DNA of 60,928 nucleotides, filler included, from Squatina squatina (Eukaryota): NCBI GenBank assembly GCA_031763465.1. It is 3 parts of 3 records of this genome, joined end to end, with 100 filler letters (N's around TTAATTAATTAA, not from the genome) between each part and the next. Parts side by side here need not be neighbours in the genome. Positions count along the whole stretch, not along the records: positions 18,439 to 39,077 come from JARFOE010000100.1; positions 39,178 to 60,928 come from JARFOE010000013.1; 1 more part is not named here. The stretch is one strand, 5' to 3'. The notes under the pieces were generated by a model. The model searched no databases and was not told where the DNA came from. It worked only from the letters and a program-made list of their open reading frames with translations. The position numbers and the translations under genes are program-made. Shown here one piece after another: positions 35,669-49,638 of the stretch (the first letter of the stretch is position 1; each line of letters opens with the position of its first letter).

Positions 35669-37853
35669 TTGACTATCTATGACTATCTCTCTTCATCTTT
35701 GTCTTTGTGCATGTTTCATTTCTTTCCAGTTTCTGTTACTCACACCCTTGATTTCACGCAAATACAGAAAAACAAACACAGCTGCATTTCACTTTAACAA
35801 ATAAAAAGCAACTATTCACCTCATTGGCAGCCCGCTCTCTCTCACACACACACAAATCAAATGAATAATGTGTTGGCCGTCGTTCAAAACTATCTCCGTG
35901 GTGGATAGATGTGACTGAGACATCTCCCTAGCTACCGCAGTGTGAAATTTTCGGTTTTGTTTCCAGATCCATTTTTATGCTGTCATGACAATATGAAATG
36001 GTCTGCCTACACACAGAAACACACCCGGCAATAGTACAAATCTTTTACAGCAGTTTCACAAAATTGAGGGCGTTCATGCAATAACTCCAAACACAGCCTG
36101 AAGTAACGTTTGACAAAGAGACAAACTATTCCTAACTTAGGAATTCTAAGCATGAGATGCCACTTCTATTTTCCATTCCGACAAAGAGACACTGCAAGGA
36201 TCTAATCAACCTGAAACTCCTATCAGTAGGATTAATTAATGCGTGGNNNNNNNNNNNNNNNNNNNNNNNNNNNNNNNNNNNNNNNNNNNNNNNNNNNNNN
36301 NNNNNNNNNNNNNNNNNNNNNNNNNNNNNNNNNNNNNNNNNNNNNNTCCCAGCTAAACCATGCTAATATCAGGGCTGGATCGTGGCTGGAACCCCTAGGT
36401 AGGCTCCACTTCTGCCATTTGCCAGCCAGCACACCTCTCAGCAGCCATACCTTTGCCGAGAGCATGTTAGGTCCTTTTGAAGGTCGAGTGCTTGGGGACT
36501 CCTAAAGTAGGGAACCCCCTGCTCCCGCCCCCTCTGAAAACACTAGCCTTATAAGGTGTAAGTCTGCAGGTTCTCTGACACTAGGACGGGACCTGACGTA
36601 TCTGGATCCTGGCCCAATTTCCAGCCCTTTCAGCACACTCCAATCAGAGTTATGGTAGCAGCGCACCTGTAGGGCCAGGTTCTTTGGGTTCCGTAAGGTT
36701 AAAGTCTCCTCCAAGAGATGGCACCTTTGGTTATGCAGCACTCTATTGAAGAATCAACTCAGATTACGTGCTCAAATCCATGGCACAGGATTAAAACCCA
36801 CAACTTTCTCACCCACTGAACCAAGCAGACGTACACAACAATAGTGCTGTGACTCTTCAATACCAACAACGCCTAGATTTTCCTGGCACAAAACCAGCTG
36901 GCACCAAACAAGTTTAATCATTAGTGAAGCACACACTTCTTAATTGGCTGTCAGTCAAATGCAAGTTAAGAAGGCGTACGTGCATCGCACATGAAGGAGC
37001 CACAATACTTACGGGATTTCTTTTTCCACACTCTTTCATTACAGCAGGTAACAGCAGAGATTTTGCTAGCAGAGATTTTCTGGTATTGTATCAGCATTGT
37101 ACAGTAACTATTGTGCAAAGTTAGAACCTGTAGTCTCTGCAGATCTCATTGCATTAGAAACTAGTGCCAGGAACCTACCCAAGNNNNNNNNNNNNNNNNN
37201 NNNNNNNNNNNNNNNNNNNNNNNNNNNNNNNNNNNNNNNNNNNNNNNNNNNNNNNNNNNNNNNNNNNNNNNNNNNNNNNNNNNTTAACTCCTGTTTCTCA
37301 CCAGTGGTAACATATTGCCATCAATGCTTCCCCCCCCCCCACCCCCGCCGCCAAGCTACGTGGCTGCGCAGCGATCGGGAGGACCCACGCAGGCTATTTG
37401 CCAGATGTAACGCTGTAACAGATACAGCTGTGCAGCAAATTTAAAGGAACTGCGCATCTAAAATAAAAATTGAGAACATTGATTTCCATCTGACTGATTT
37501 TGTAAGCGACAATGAACTAAGAATTTGCAAGTTGTGATTTGAGTCTTGTTGCCAATTTTCGTCAAACTTGTTTTTGTCTCTTTTTGGAAGATGTAAATTA
37601 TTTGGGTCTTTTGCTTTTGAACTCTGTGCTAACATCTGCAGGGCCACCAAAAACACGGCAGAGGCCTCACTCTGTGCAGACATTGTATTCGTAACTTTGC
37701 AGACGAGAAAAATATTTTTTTTTAAGCAAACCGCATTGGCACCAATAGAAAATTATGCCCGAGGCTGAATAGTGGATTTGCAATACGAAAAGTCCCAAGT
37801 TTAGCTTTCGCAAATCGCTGTGGTTCCAGTTGATGTGCGCGATTTTTCACTAA

Positions 37854-38057
<204 letters not shown>

Positions 38058-38416
38058 TAACACCATCTGCACTCTTCCTCACAAACTCTGCCCAATTCTC
38101 TCTGACTTAACACTGCCTGAGAATTACTCCTTGGCCTAGAATTATGGCTTGCAATATTAGCAATTCCTGCCTAATGTGACAACATTTTCAATTGACATAG
38201 ATGGTCATAGATGATGACAATTACTGGTTTTACAGTTCAAAAGATTTCTGGTGNNNNNNNNNNNNNNNNNNNNNNNNNNNNNNNNNNNNNNNNNNNNNNN
38301 NNNNNNNNNNNNNNNNNNNNNNNNNNNNNNNNNNNNNNNNNNNNNNNNNNNNNATGCTCTTGCTTCGTTACTTACTGTTGGTAATTTTATAAAAACAACT
38401 TTCTCTTTTGCTCAAG

Positions 38417-38496
38417 ATACCTTACATAGAAACTAGTGCCAAGGATCCACCTCTGAATGTCGACAAAGCCTTTCATGATCTTGTCCGAGTCATAAG
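38417..38496 (+). CDS. MRAS: M-Ras GTPase exon (G5 box), 80 bp
   Basis: ctcaag|ATACCT...ATAAG|gtaggt; [26 protein letters not shown](R), with the M-Ras-specific DPP insertion. Not in the ORF track. Confidence 0.95.
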
Positions 38497-38944
38497 GTAG
38501 GTACTGGAAACGTGTTTGGGCTGTGATAATGTTCATCTTTTTATATGCAGTGTGAATGGCCAGAATCTTGCAAATGCGGAGACACTTTGAGTAAACGAAA
38601 GGACAGTATTGATACTCTGAACCTGGTGGATGGTGTCTCCAGATTTAAAAGAATAATCGAAGGAAAGCTCACATTTAACTCCGACTTCGTGACATTCCCT
38701 CATGAACTACCAGATGAGATGAAAAATCAACTTCGCACTTCCTTTTTTGAAGTATTTTTGATTCTCTAACTTTATATTGGCTGTTGGGACAGACCCAGCC
38801 ATCCAGTTTCCCCCAAAACCAATGGACGAATGGCCTCCTTCTGTATCATTCTATGACTATTTAGGCACATTACAGCAGTCCCTGACCTCAGCATTGAGTT
38901 ACAGCAGAATTTCATTACACAAACAAACTAATCCCAACCTACCT

Positions 38945-39077
38945 AAAGATTGAATAGACTGGAGTTGTTTTCTTTGGTACTGAGGAGAGACTTGATTGAG
39001 GTGTATAAAACTATGAGGGGCCTAGATAGAGTGGATAGGACAGATCTATTACCCTTAGCAGAGGGGTCAATAACCAG
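38945..39077 (+). mobile_element. CR1 fragment
   Basis: Closely similar to 145-290 (RLNRLELFSL..DLIEVYKTMRGLDRVDR). Confidence 0.85.
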
Positions 39078-39121
39078 NNNNNNNNNNNNNNNNNNNNNNN
39101 NNNNNNNNNNNNNNNNNNNNN

Positions 39122-39133
39122 TTAATTAATTAA
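39122..39133. other. Artificial six-frame stop linker (scaffold join)
   Basis: TTAATTAATTAA centred in a 100-nt N block. Confidence 0.95.
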
Positions 39134-40067
39134 NNNNNNNNNNNNNNNNNNNNNNNNNNNNNNNNNNNNNNNNNNNNCTGTCATTGACTATCACATCATC
39201 CGCTTGGCCACAATGCAAAAAAATAAAAGCCACCGCAAAATAAACACTCCAAACCAAATATATAAAAGAAATAATGCCATGTTGCATACAAATTTAAACT
39301 AATCACCCTTGTGCATTCCTTTAGTTCCATGTGCCCTTTCTTGTCCTGGTGCTCCTACACAGTGCAACCCCCAGTGGCTGCAGCATGAATGGTGGAAGGC
39401 TGCTGACATTCAGTGGGGGAGACTGCAGATGGCCTTGGAGGACAACCTCGAGCACCTCTGGGCCTAGAAGGCCCGGCTGCGGATTGCACCATCCCAGCAA
39501 CAGCAGTCTGGGCTGGTTGGCCGACAGGCAACTGTAAAGAACCCCCCTGCTGATGTGTGCAGCCTATCGAATTCAGCCCCCATAGATTCTACACGTGTTC
39601 TATGATTATGACAAACTTTCCAATAGTCCACAGAAAAAAATCTATGCCTATGACACAGTCAAACAGCATCCTTTCCATCTCCCCTAAAGAAATTTCAACA
39701 TATATTGACACTAAATGAACCTGATAGACTTTTATTTGTTGTCAAAATTCATATAAAGAAATCAATGCAGCTTGTTGAAGCATTTGTAAATTATTCACCT
39801 CCTGCTTCTGGATTTCATAAAAATCACAAAGCCATTGATATAATTTAATATGCATTTGATGATGAATTGTACATCAGTGGCAGATAAGTTGATGTCTGGT
39901 CAGTTTCATATAAATAGACTAATTGATTCTTATTCTAAGCACAATAAATTTCCATCACAACTTACTCATCACATTTACAATCTGGGCATTTATCTTCTTT
40001 TGAGCAGCATTTTCATTTCCCTTTTGAAATTTTAAGCACAGTTAATTAGACAATTTCAAAAAGTTAT

Positions 40068-40246
40068 GAGCCTGAAATTGCAATTGGAGGCTTCCTGCGT
40101 GCGGTTGCCTCTGATTGCAATTTTGTTTACATACTAAGGGTCCTGGATCCACGGGAGTTTGTGATATTCAGCCCTCCGAGTTAGAGATTCGGAGCGGGGC
40201 TCTCTAGTTTCCCGGGCAAGTCGATCTCAGAGGCTGGAGAGGTCAC
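40068..40246 (+). repeat. Terminal segment of the hairpin-rich repeat family (MITE/Harbinger-like)
   Basis: Aligns with 51251-51436: gaaattgcaattggaggcttcctgcgtg..gagattcggagc.gggctct..gaggctggagaggtcac. Confidence 0.8.
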
Positions 40247-40468
40247 ACACTCTTGGGTCTCTATCGCACCTGATGACTTTATTCAAAAGAAGCATTGACC
40301 TGGGAACAGGTCACTTGCCGGCACTCTCAGCTGTGTAAAAGTGGGGAATCTAAGAAAATTGAAAAAAGGAGAGAAATAAAAGGAATGTCACCCTCAAAAG
40401 AAATCTCTTGCAGGCTATGGAGCCATTATACACGTGTGGACTGACCCAGTTTTCATTCTCTACTGTAG

Positions 40469-40588
40469 TGGTCTGATGAGCAATGTACATCCCATGTTAT
40501 GCCAAGAGACTTCCACATTTCCCAAACACAGCGGCAGCTGAAAGAAAACCTGTACAAAACCATCATTAATTACTTTGACAAGGGAAAG
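40469..40588 (+). CDS. DOCK-A family GEF, DOCK2-like, DHR-2 lobe A exon, 120 bp
   Basis: ctactgtag|TGGTCT...GGAAAG|gtaagt, phase 0-0; [40 protein letters not shown] versus remembered DOCK2 [33 protein letters not shown]. Not in the ORF track. Confidence 0.88.
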
Positions 40589-41289
40589 GTAAGTGCAAAA
40601 TGGATGAAATTGTACCTCCAAATCCTTACAGCATCACAAGCATTTGTTTTGTGAATCTAGTGTTTATAAAAGCAAGGGATGTTAGTGCTGGGGAATGGAA
40701 CACTATCCCATCTCAGGCACCCAGTGTCAGCCCTAAGCTCTCCTGGGTTAGGTACAGCACAGGTTGGATGCAGAGCTATTGTTCCCCAACAGGCAGTACC
40801 CTATATTGCACCAGAGTGACAATTTTCTATTTTTCACACCAGCCATCTTTGGCCTTTCTGAATGAGATTAGGAACAGCTGTGTACTGTGGCCCCATGTGC
40901 TGCAGGAATTGGATAAGATGTCCAAANNNNNNNNNNNNNNNNNNNNNNNNNNNNNNNNNNNNNNNNNNNNNNNNNNNNNNNNNNNNNNNNNNNNNNNNNN
41001 NNNNNNNNNNNNNNNNNNNNNNNNNNAGGCTTGTTTTTTTAACACTCTTAGTTGTTTTAGAATTATTTATTACTGTGGCCAGAGCAATTCTACTTGTTTA
41101 TTTAAAAATATTTGTGACAAATTCGATTAAAAAGTATGTGGAAAAATCATTTTCTGACATAGATAATTCTGAAACATTTTCCTCTAGAATATTTTGGCAT
41201 CTGTCTATGCTCTGGGCATGTAATTTTCACTTCACTTTGTTGAATTATATTGGCACTTGAGCTCACAACCTCGGTTGCCACTACAAAGC

Positions 41290-41570
41290 AGGGTGTGTTG
41301 TTTCAGATGAGATCTCAAGCTGGGGCTCGGTCTTCTTGTTTAGATGGACATAAAAGATCCCATAGCTCTATTTCCTGGCTAAGGTATATCCCTTCATCAA
41401 CACCACCAAAAATATACTAACCGCTCACTAATCCCATTTTCTATTTGTGGGATTTTGCTGTGCATAAATTGCCTGCCACAATTGACTATGTTTCAAACAT
41501 AATGCATTGGTTGTGACGCTCTTTGGGGCATCCTGAGGAATTGATAAGAGGCTATATAAATCCAAGTTCA
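41290..41570 (+). mobile_element. Old Deu-domain SINE
   Basis: ttcagatgagatc..taaaagatccca..tgctgtgcataaattgcctgcc..ctttggggcatcctgagg..gctatataaat. Confidence 0.75.
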
Positions 41571-42071
41571 TTTTTCCAGTCCCTTTACGTCACACACACA
41601 TGATTCCCCCCGTTCAAATGCATGTGTGGGTATATAAGGTATATAACCTTTTTACAAGGTGATGGCCAGTGGCTGGCCATGCTTATTTTTTAAACATGCC
41701 TGTGTTTTAATTAATGAGCTTTTATTTGTTTTGGTGTTTTCAATGATAGACTTTACTTTTCCCTGTGTAGCTTGCTTGGAGCCAAGCATTTGTCATGGCA
41801 TTGAGGTTCACTGTGTGGCAACTAGGTGCCACCCTAAAGAAATGCTTTCCTGGCATGAAAGTCCAAAGTTTTTCCTTGGTTGAGGAGCACAGGAGACTGG
41901 CCCCCTCCACGAAATACTGCTCTTGTATCACACAGAGAAATGACACTTCTAATTTTGAAGAAAAGGCGAGCNNNNNNNNNNNNNNNNNNNNNNNNNNNNN
42001 NNNNNNNNNNNNNNNNNNNNNNNNNNNNNNNNNNNNNNNNNNNNNNNNNNNNNNNNNNNNNNNNNNNNNNN

Positions 42072-42665
42072 TGATCCTCGTGGAACACCACTTCCCACCT
42101 TTTGCTAATCTGAGTAACTACCTTTAACTCCTACTCTCTGTTTTCTGTTTTGTAGTCAGCTTGCTATCCATTCTGTTACTTGTCCCCTGGCTCTACATGT
42201 TCTGACCTTTCTCATGCACTACTCAGGTACTACTATGCAGTGCCTTACCTAATATATTACATCTCCTATGTTACCCTTATTTACCATTTCTGTTATCTCT
42301 TCAAAGTATTCAATAGGTTTGGTCACGATTGACCTCCCCTTTTGAAATCCATGCTGACTAATCTTTATTATATTTTCAGTTTCTAGATGTTTTTCTATTA
42401 CATTTTTGAGTAAGGATTCCATTATCTTTCCTACCACCGACGCCAAACTAATTGCTCTGTAGTTCCCTGGACTTGTTTTATCTCCATTTTTATATGTAGG
42501 AATCACATTAGCTGTTTGCCAGTTTTCTGGGCACTATTCACTTTTCTCATGAATCTGTATATATAGATATATATGTATAATATTGGCTCTGCAATCTCTT
42601 CGCTAGCTTCTTTTAGTATGCGTGGATGCAATCCATCTGGACCGGGGTCTTATCCTCTCTAAGTT
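42072..42665 (-). mobile_element. CR1 RT fragment
   Basis: DKTPVQMDCIH; GDKTSPGNYRAISLASVVGKIMESLLK..SQHGFQKGRS. Confidence 0.9.
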
Positions 42666-43270
42666 TATAATACCACAAAAATGCAATAAAAGAAACAGAA
42701 AATACACTGCAGGTCTTAGTGAGAATAAAGTAAAAAAAAAAATGCTCAAAAATTGTAATAAAGTTCTGGAAAAATGACTTGGGGTGGGCAATTCAGCCCG
42801 GGCACCTATGGGGCAGGAGTGGGCGGGAGCTGGCGATTTTTGTGCCGGCCGCCGCAGAATTCACTGTTCTGGGGTCGGAGCGAGGTGCAGTGATGTCAGC
42901 TTCGCTCCCGGGCAGCCAGCCGGGGACGTCATTGGCGTGGCGTCAGTGCCACTGCTGCGCCGCATCAGCGTCACTGCGTACTCCCTTAAAGACCTCCCTT
43001 AAAGGAGAGGGCCACCGGCCATCCTGACGGTGCGCCACGGCCCGCCACTGGGCCACCAGCGACCGGGCCACCAGCCTGGCACGCTGGTCGGTGTGCCAGG
43101 CGAGGGATGGTGGCCCAATTGTGCCGTGGGCTGCTATCAGTCGGTTGGCATCAGGGTCAGCCGACAAATANNNNNNNNNNNNNNNNNNNNNNNNNNNNNN
43201 NNNNNNNNNNNNNNNNNNNNNNNNNNNNNNNNNNNNNNNNNNNNNNNNNNNNNNNNNNNNNNNNNNNNNN

Positions 43271-43385
43271 ATACATTCCCCTGATTCTGACTGCAAGGGA
43301 CCTACGCTTGACTTCACTAATCTTTTTCTCTTCACAAATTTTAAAAGCTTTTACAGTCAGTTTTTATGTTCCCTGCAAGCTAATC
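43271..43385 (-). mobile_element. CR1 fragment
   Basis: NIKTDCKSF..KRKRLVKSSVGPLQSESGE. Confidence 0.8.
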
Positions 43386-44399
43386 TATTTGGCCATTCTA
43401 TTAATTATCTCCCTTCCTTCTGTCCTCGGTTAGGCTGGAGGGTCACAGCTGAAGCTTTAATCTGTCATTGATCAAGAACCCGCTATGTATTTCTATCAGT
43501 TCCTGTTTTCAGTTCAGATTTCCAGCATTTTCAGTTTCTTTTTTTAGTGTTACTTCTGTTGGTTGGATGCATTCATTACCAATGCCTCAAATGTGTCTTC
43601 ACTCTACAGGTAAAGATACATTAAACACATACTCGGAAAAAATACAGCTTGACTACACTAATACACTTTTTTGCCAAGTCAGCTATTTTCCAGCATTATA
43701 CCTGAAGAACCAATGAAATTGGGAAAGTAATACTTCCAGAAAGTTTTCAAATACTGAAAAGGTCAAAAGTTATTTACCAAATTAATGGATGTCAAGCAGA
43801 ATTTTTGAATTATAAGGACAGACATGCCAGCAAGAGGCTGCAGAGGCACAGGGGGATGTCATTAAAAATCTAAATTTAACATCGTGCGACCTTATCGAGG
43901 ATTTTACACAATCTTGTGTTCATATTGATTCTACGTCTTTCAATGAAAAGTACAAGTCCACTTTAGTCAAACTCAAAAAAAAATCCACCACAAGTCGCTT
44001 TTCTCTTATCTGTATTGTCTTTTGATCTTGTGTACACAGTTGACAAAGCAGACTTTTCTGTGTCTACACCAGCCTATGTTAAAGCCATACAATAAAAATT
44101 CTTGTCCTTCACTTGGGAATAAATGTAAACCCTCATTCAAAATTATCTTTCATAGTATTGAGCAGAAGTACTGGAGATATTTACAATTTTGTGAAGAGTT
44201 TAAAATCTTAAAATAATTAGTATGAACATGCTGAGGGGGCTTTTCATTAAACATTTCACGTGATCCATTTTGGGACTTTAATGGGTAATGTGTAATACAA
44301 TGCAAAGGGATATGGCAACTTTATTAATGCTCTGTATGTGTCCTAATGAAGATTATTTTTAAATTTATTTTATCAGGCCATCATCCATGATCATGTACC

Positions 44400-44770
44400 A
44401 TGAAGTCTCCCAATTGTTCTCCTTGGTTAGTTGAGCAGAATGAAGAAAATGGTTCGGTTTTCTCGCTGGAATCCAGTGTTTTCTGCAGCGAAGAGCACCT
44501 GAATAAAAATCCTTCAAACACCTTTATCATAAATGTTGGTGGCAGCAGATTCATTCTTTCACATGAGACTCTGTTGTCCTATCCTGAAACACGTCTAGGA
44601 AGACTGGCTACGTCTGAGCAGGGTTCTGTGCTGGAGCTATGTGATGATGCCAACTTTGTGGACAATGAATATTTCTTTGACCGGAGTTCTCAGACATTCA
44701 AGTACATCATAAATTATTATAAAACTGGAAGATTGCATGTAAATGAAGAACTTTGTGCAATGTCCTTTTT
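44400..44770 (+). CDS. KCNV1: Kv8.1 silent potassium channel subunit, first coding exon (T1 domain), truncated by gap
   Basis: SLESSVFCSE..FIINVGGSRFILS..PETRLGRLA..LELCDDANFVDNEYFFDRSSQTFKYIINYYKTGRLHVNEELCAMSF. SSVFCSE and DDANxVDNEYFFDRSSQ are KCNV1-like, and SYBU downstream matches the human gene order. Confidence 0.92.
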
Positions 44771-47647
44771 NNNNNNNNNNNNNNNNNNNNNNNNNNNNNN
44801 NNNNNNNNNNNNNNNNNNNNNNNNNNNNNNNNNNNNNNNNNNNNNNNNNNNNNNNNNNNNNNNNNNNNNNGTTCTGATTTCGGTGGTCAGATTGACACAC
44901 CACATCACAACAAGTGGAGTGCGATTGGTATTTATATTAAACGCTCTTTCCTCTTTTTTGGGATAGGCCAGACACTTGCTCAGCACTATTCTGCAGCCAG
45001 CTGGTGGCAGAAGCCAAAATGCAACCCTGGTAAATTGACACTGGACCTTTCCCTCCACCTTGACAGGGTGCACTTTGCTGCTGTGGAAAATGTGACATAA
45101 TATGGCTGATGCCACCAGCTTGCTGTAAGTGGATCACAGGCACAAGCCTGCATCCCATATGTACCTGGTGCCACTATCGACCAGCACGTTAAACACTGGC
45201 TTAACAGGACACATTGAAACCCTTTCTAACTGGTAATAATTTAACTACAGACTGTACACTTAACACTGCAATTACATACAGATGTACAGTTCTACAAAAT
45301 AATACACAACCAGAGAAAAAAAACAAATATTCCTAGCAAAGGAGACAATTCTCATTTAAGCTAGAAACCGCCCCATAATTATTGATTGGGAACAACCAGC
45401 CTAACTCATGTAATCCAACTGAGGCAGGGACCAAGTTGTCAGTCATTTTATACAGAGATGTACACACACAGAACTAAATAGATCCACAATAACGTTTAAG
45501 ATCTATTTATTATATATCCGTTATTTCTTGGAATTTTTAAATGAACTGCTGTTAGTATTTTGCTTTTGATGTCTTTATGTCTAATATTTTTTAGGAACTG
45601 GTTATTAATAGAAGATAGTTTTGTACTAGAATTTATAAACCAGGACAGATATCAAAGGTCTAATGTAATACCAAGTGCTGTCTATCTGCCTTTTTGTTCT
45701 GTGACTGCTAAGTGCATGTGTTAACCCTAGACCAAATACTGTAAATCAAAAAGAAATGATCTAAGAGCAAACTGTGAGACATAATAAACTCTCTGTGCAG
45801 GTTGGAGCTTGTGTTAGAAAACAATTTTTGGAATTTATAAAGTTGAATGATGGTACGAAGTATATTGGCTGTAAAATGCATCTGTAACTTCCAGAATTTG
45901 TTTTTCCTTGGTCTGAATAAAATGATTAATATGCCATATTTCCTGTCATCTTATCTGGAATTAGGAATGCAAAAGAGGTTTTTTTTCTGCAGAGGTAGGA
46001 GAGCTTCAGATCAAGTGAAGTTAGACGCCAAACAAAAAGCTTTAAAGGCATACACCAAACAGCATCTAAATGATGCGATCTGAAAAGGACATTATAAAAT
46101 TACAACGTAGCAGGTTCCCACACATTATACACACTAGCTGGTCTCTTGTGCCATTGCACATTGGTGGTCTGAGGTCTGGAGTAAGACATGTGGAATTACC
46201 CCTTGCCCCATTCAACTGTTATAGAGTTCAGACGTGTAGAACAGACAACTTGAGACAAAGATTTCTCGAGATAAATCCCTTTTACTTAAAATCAGCAAGA
46301 GAGTACAAGTAAGCATCCAATGGTACTGTCACACAGTAATCCCAGGTTCCTCATTTATACAGATCTATCCATTTAAGCTCAAGCCACAATAAGCAAATAT
46401 CTTATAGTGGTCAACTCATATCCTTTTAACTGGCAAATGTCCAAGTTGCCTCCAACTGCAGTCCCCAATGTTTTTTCACAGCATCTTTTATACCCCAAAA
46501 CTTGGCAACCCTCCCTCTGCATATGTGTCCTCAACTATATGAATAATAGTCGAGAGTCTTTTCTCACCTCCTCTTATCAATAGTTCATTAACCGTCCATG
46601 GGTCCCAAGGCCGGACATGGTCTGGAGATGTTGCTTGTTTTTTGCAACAGTCCAACAGCTTGTTCCTATCCAAGGTCTTTCTTACCTGTGAAAAACAGCT
46701 CATAGCATTCAGCTGCAGCCTTCAGTGAGTTTTAATTTTACAAATATATGCAGATATTACAGGGAAATGCTGCCCNNNNNNNNNNNNNNNNNNNNNNNNN
46801 NNNNNNNNNNNNNNNNNNNNNNNNNNNNNNNNNNNNNNNNNNNNNNNNNNNNNNNNNNNNNNNNNNNNNNNNNNNCATTCTCTTCACATTAAGCCTTGAC
46901 ATTCCATTTAATTTAGCCTATTAATCTAAAATACAGCAATTAAATCAAACCTGCTGACACTTTGTCAGGTATGGCAATGATGATGTATATTGTCGGAGCT
47001 CTGTTGTGGATGTGAAATCTCACAGATGGTGAATGCACTGGGTGTGAATTACTTCTCATATTGTTTTATAGAACTGAAAAAGACCCAGTGAGACAGCAAT
47101 TAGTCTACAATTTTATGTTTAGAATCCAGGTTCATGTTGACATCTGATCTGGAATGTATCACATGATTTAGTTATTTGAGACATTGCTGAGCAGTGATTA
47201 TATCATCAACACCAATATAATAAACTACAGTATGAAATGCTAACAGTTGAATACTGCTTTCTTATATTTAGATGTTAAACATACTGCTTAAAAAATTAAA
47301 ATTGTGGGTCACTTTTGGACACAAAGTGCTGGACCCTAAAAAGTCACGTGAAGAATGTACGAAAATATTGTTCTAAAATAGAAAACCTTCAATATATGAA
47401 CACCAATTAAGTTAGCTTGTGTTAAACTCTGTTAGGAGGAATTATCTAGGATATCACATTCTGCTCCTCTTGTTATTTTATGCAGCAAAGGGGAATAATA
47501 CATTTTGAGTATTTGACGACCACTTGCATTTTGTTGGATGTGTATCTAACCTAATCCCCAAACTGTTGCCTCTTGTATTGAAATAAATTGAACACTTGTT
47601 ACATTTAAATACTGCTCTTTCTATACTGAGATAAGGACTCACACAGC

Positions 47648-47755
47648 ATTACATAGAACGTACGACACAGAAAGAGGCCATTCAACCTAACAGGTCCATG
47701 CCGATATTTATGTTCCACATGAGCCTCCTCCCACTCTACTACATCTAACCCTAAT
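47648..47755 (-). mobile_element. CR1 3' UTR remnant
   Basis: ttacatagaa..acagaaagaggccattcaacc..gagcctcctcccac, homologous to 18759-18870. Confidence 0.7.
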
Positions 47756-48044
47756 TCAGCATTGAATAAAATGTGAAGTTCACACTCAGCAACAAAGTTC
47801 TTATATGTTTATATGTCTAGTGTGAACGATTTTATGTTGGAGCACTCTTCCTCTTCAGCTGAAATTAGGGAATGTTATAATAGGAAAGCTTTCCTTGGTT
47901 CAGCCAGCTAGAAGATGCACCAAGCAACGTTAGTACTAAATGAATATGTTGTCTTGCATTAAAAGTTGGTTTATTTCTGATTTATTTTGTAAATGTGTCA
48001 TGAAATGTAATGAGCATTTGTCACTAAGTACAGTAAACACTTAC

Positions 48045-48360
48045 TTAGGAACATAGGAACAGGAGGCCATTCAGCCCCTCGAGCCTGTTCCACCATTCAA
48101 TGAGATCATGGCTGATCTGTGTCCTACCCCATCCACCCACCTTGGCTTCATATTCCTTAATACTCTTGGCTTGCAAATATCTATCGATCTCAGATTTAAA
48201 ATCAATTGAGCTAGAATCTACTGCTTTTTGTGGAAGAGACTTCCACACTTCTACCATCCTTTGCATGAAGAAGTGTTTCCTAACTTCTCTCCTAACTTTT
48301 CTCTAACTTCTGGCTCTGATTTTAATGTTATGTCCCCTTGTCCTGGACTCCCCCATCAGC
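48045..48360 (-). mobile_element. CR1 3' end
   Basis: RKHFFMQRMVEVWKSLPQKAVD..FKSEIDRYL; UTR ctgaatggcctcctgttcctatgttcc. Confidence 0.9.
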
Positions 48361-49561
48361 AGAATGACAATAATTCATTTTTGAAGCTTTTATTTTCAAC
48401 AGTTTGCTGAAAAACCACCTGTAAATATGCACAATACTTGTTCAGAACAGAGGATGTTTCTTCAGTTTTCACTATATCATATTTTCAAATATACCGTAAA
48501 ATGTTATTAATTATTTGAAATGTAAATGCTCATTTTCATTAATAAGCTGCAGACATTCTTAATTGTAGCAGCTTTTAACCTTGCAATGACCAATAACCAA
48601 TTTTTAAAGTGAAGATTCAGGACTTTGTTCCTGCAGCTTACTTTTGCGTTAAAAAAATTAGATGTGAGCTGATCATGAGAGAAATGAATTATATGAGTGT
48701 CCATTCCTGAGATATGTTATTACTTACTGAATAATTCAGCAATTTACGTACATAAACATTGAAATGTCACAATGGTTTGATTTGTGCTTTCTTTATTCTA
48801 TTGTCCTGGGGAACAGCATGCAGTTCTTTTTCTGTGACATTTTAGTATCCTGTCTGAATCAAAATGTCAGAAATCATTTCTAGTCCTTTGAGCATCCTTG
48901 TCCCGAGTTTGTGATCTTTAAACCTCCGGCTCCTTTGACTAAATTCAAAAAGTATTAAGGTTCATTTGATATATACGTTTTCAAAAGACACAATCGTAGA
49001 AGATCTTTTTGCTTTTGCAAATAACAAACAAAAATGAAAAGTTTTGGTACCAACCACTTTTGATTTTGCCATCAGTCTTATGTTCCAAAAAGACCTTGTT
49101 AATCTTTAAGCCTCACAAAAGCCCAACTGTCTCTTATCACCACCCATTCAGTCAGCACCTTCAACATCACAAAGATCTTGGCATTCATCTAGTACCCAAA
49201 GTGAAGAGGAAGAACTCACAACCTTTCCATGCTGACCCCTATGAAGAATTTCATTTCACCTGAGAGCTCATGGTGAGTGCTCTTATAAAAAGATAATTTA
49301 TTCTTTTTATTTGTTTTTCTTATGTACATTTAATTTTCCAGATTTGAAAACGTTTATGTTACATTGAACATTAAACTTTTAATAATTAAATTTAATTAAA
49401 ATTTACGTTAACTTTATTTTAAATTGATCAGAAACTTTCAGTTGTCAAACAACTATGAAATTGTTTCTCTGATATTCTCTCCTTTTCTCATATCTTCTCC
49501 TGAAGTTGATGTCTCAGGCTGCATATAATTCCATGGGCACGGGGAGACTCCAAGAACTTTC

Positions 49562-49638
49562 TAAGGAATTAGGAAATGGGGAGGTGCAACGAGATCTGGG
49601 TGTCATGGTACACCAGTCATTGACAGTAGGCATACAGG
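49562..49638 (+). mobile_element. CR1 fragment
   Basis: LGNGEVQRDLGVMVHQSL. Confidence 0.75.

Noticed and set aside
44871-44966. Apparent short hydrophobic C-terminus giving a truncated KCNV1
   Set aside because: Read-through across a gap into an unrelated contig.
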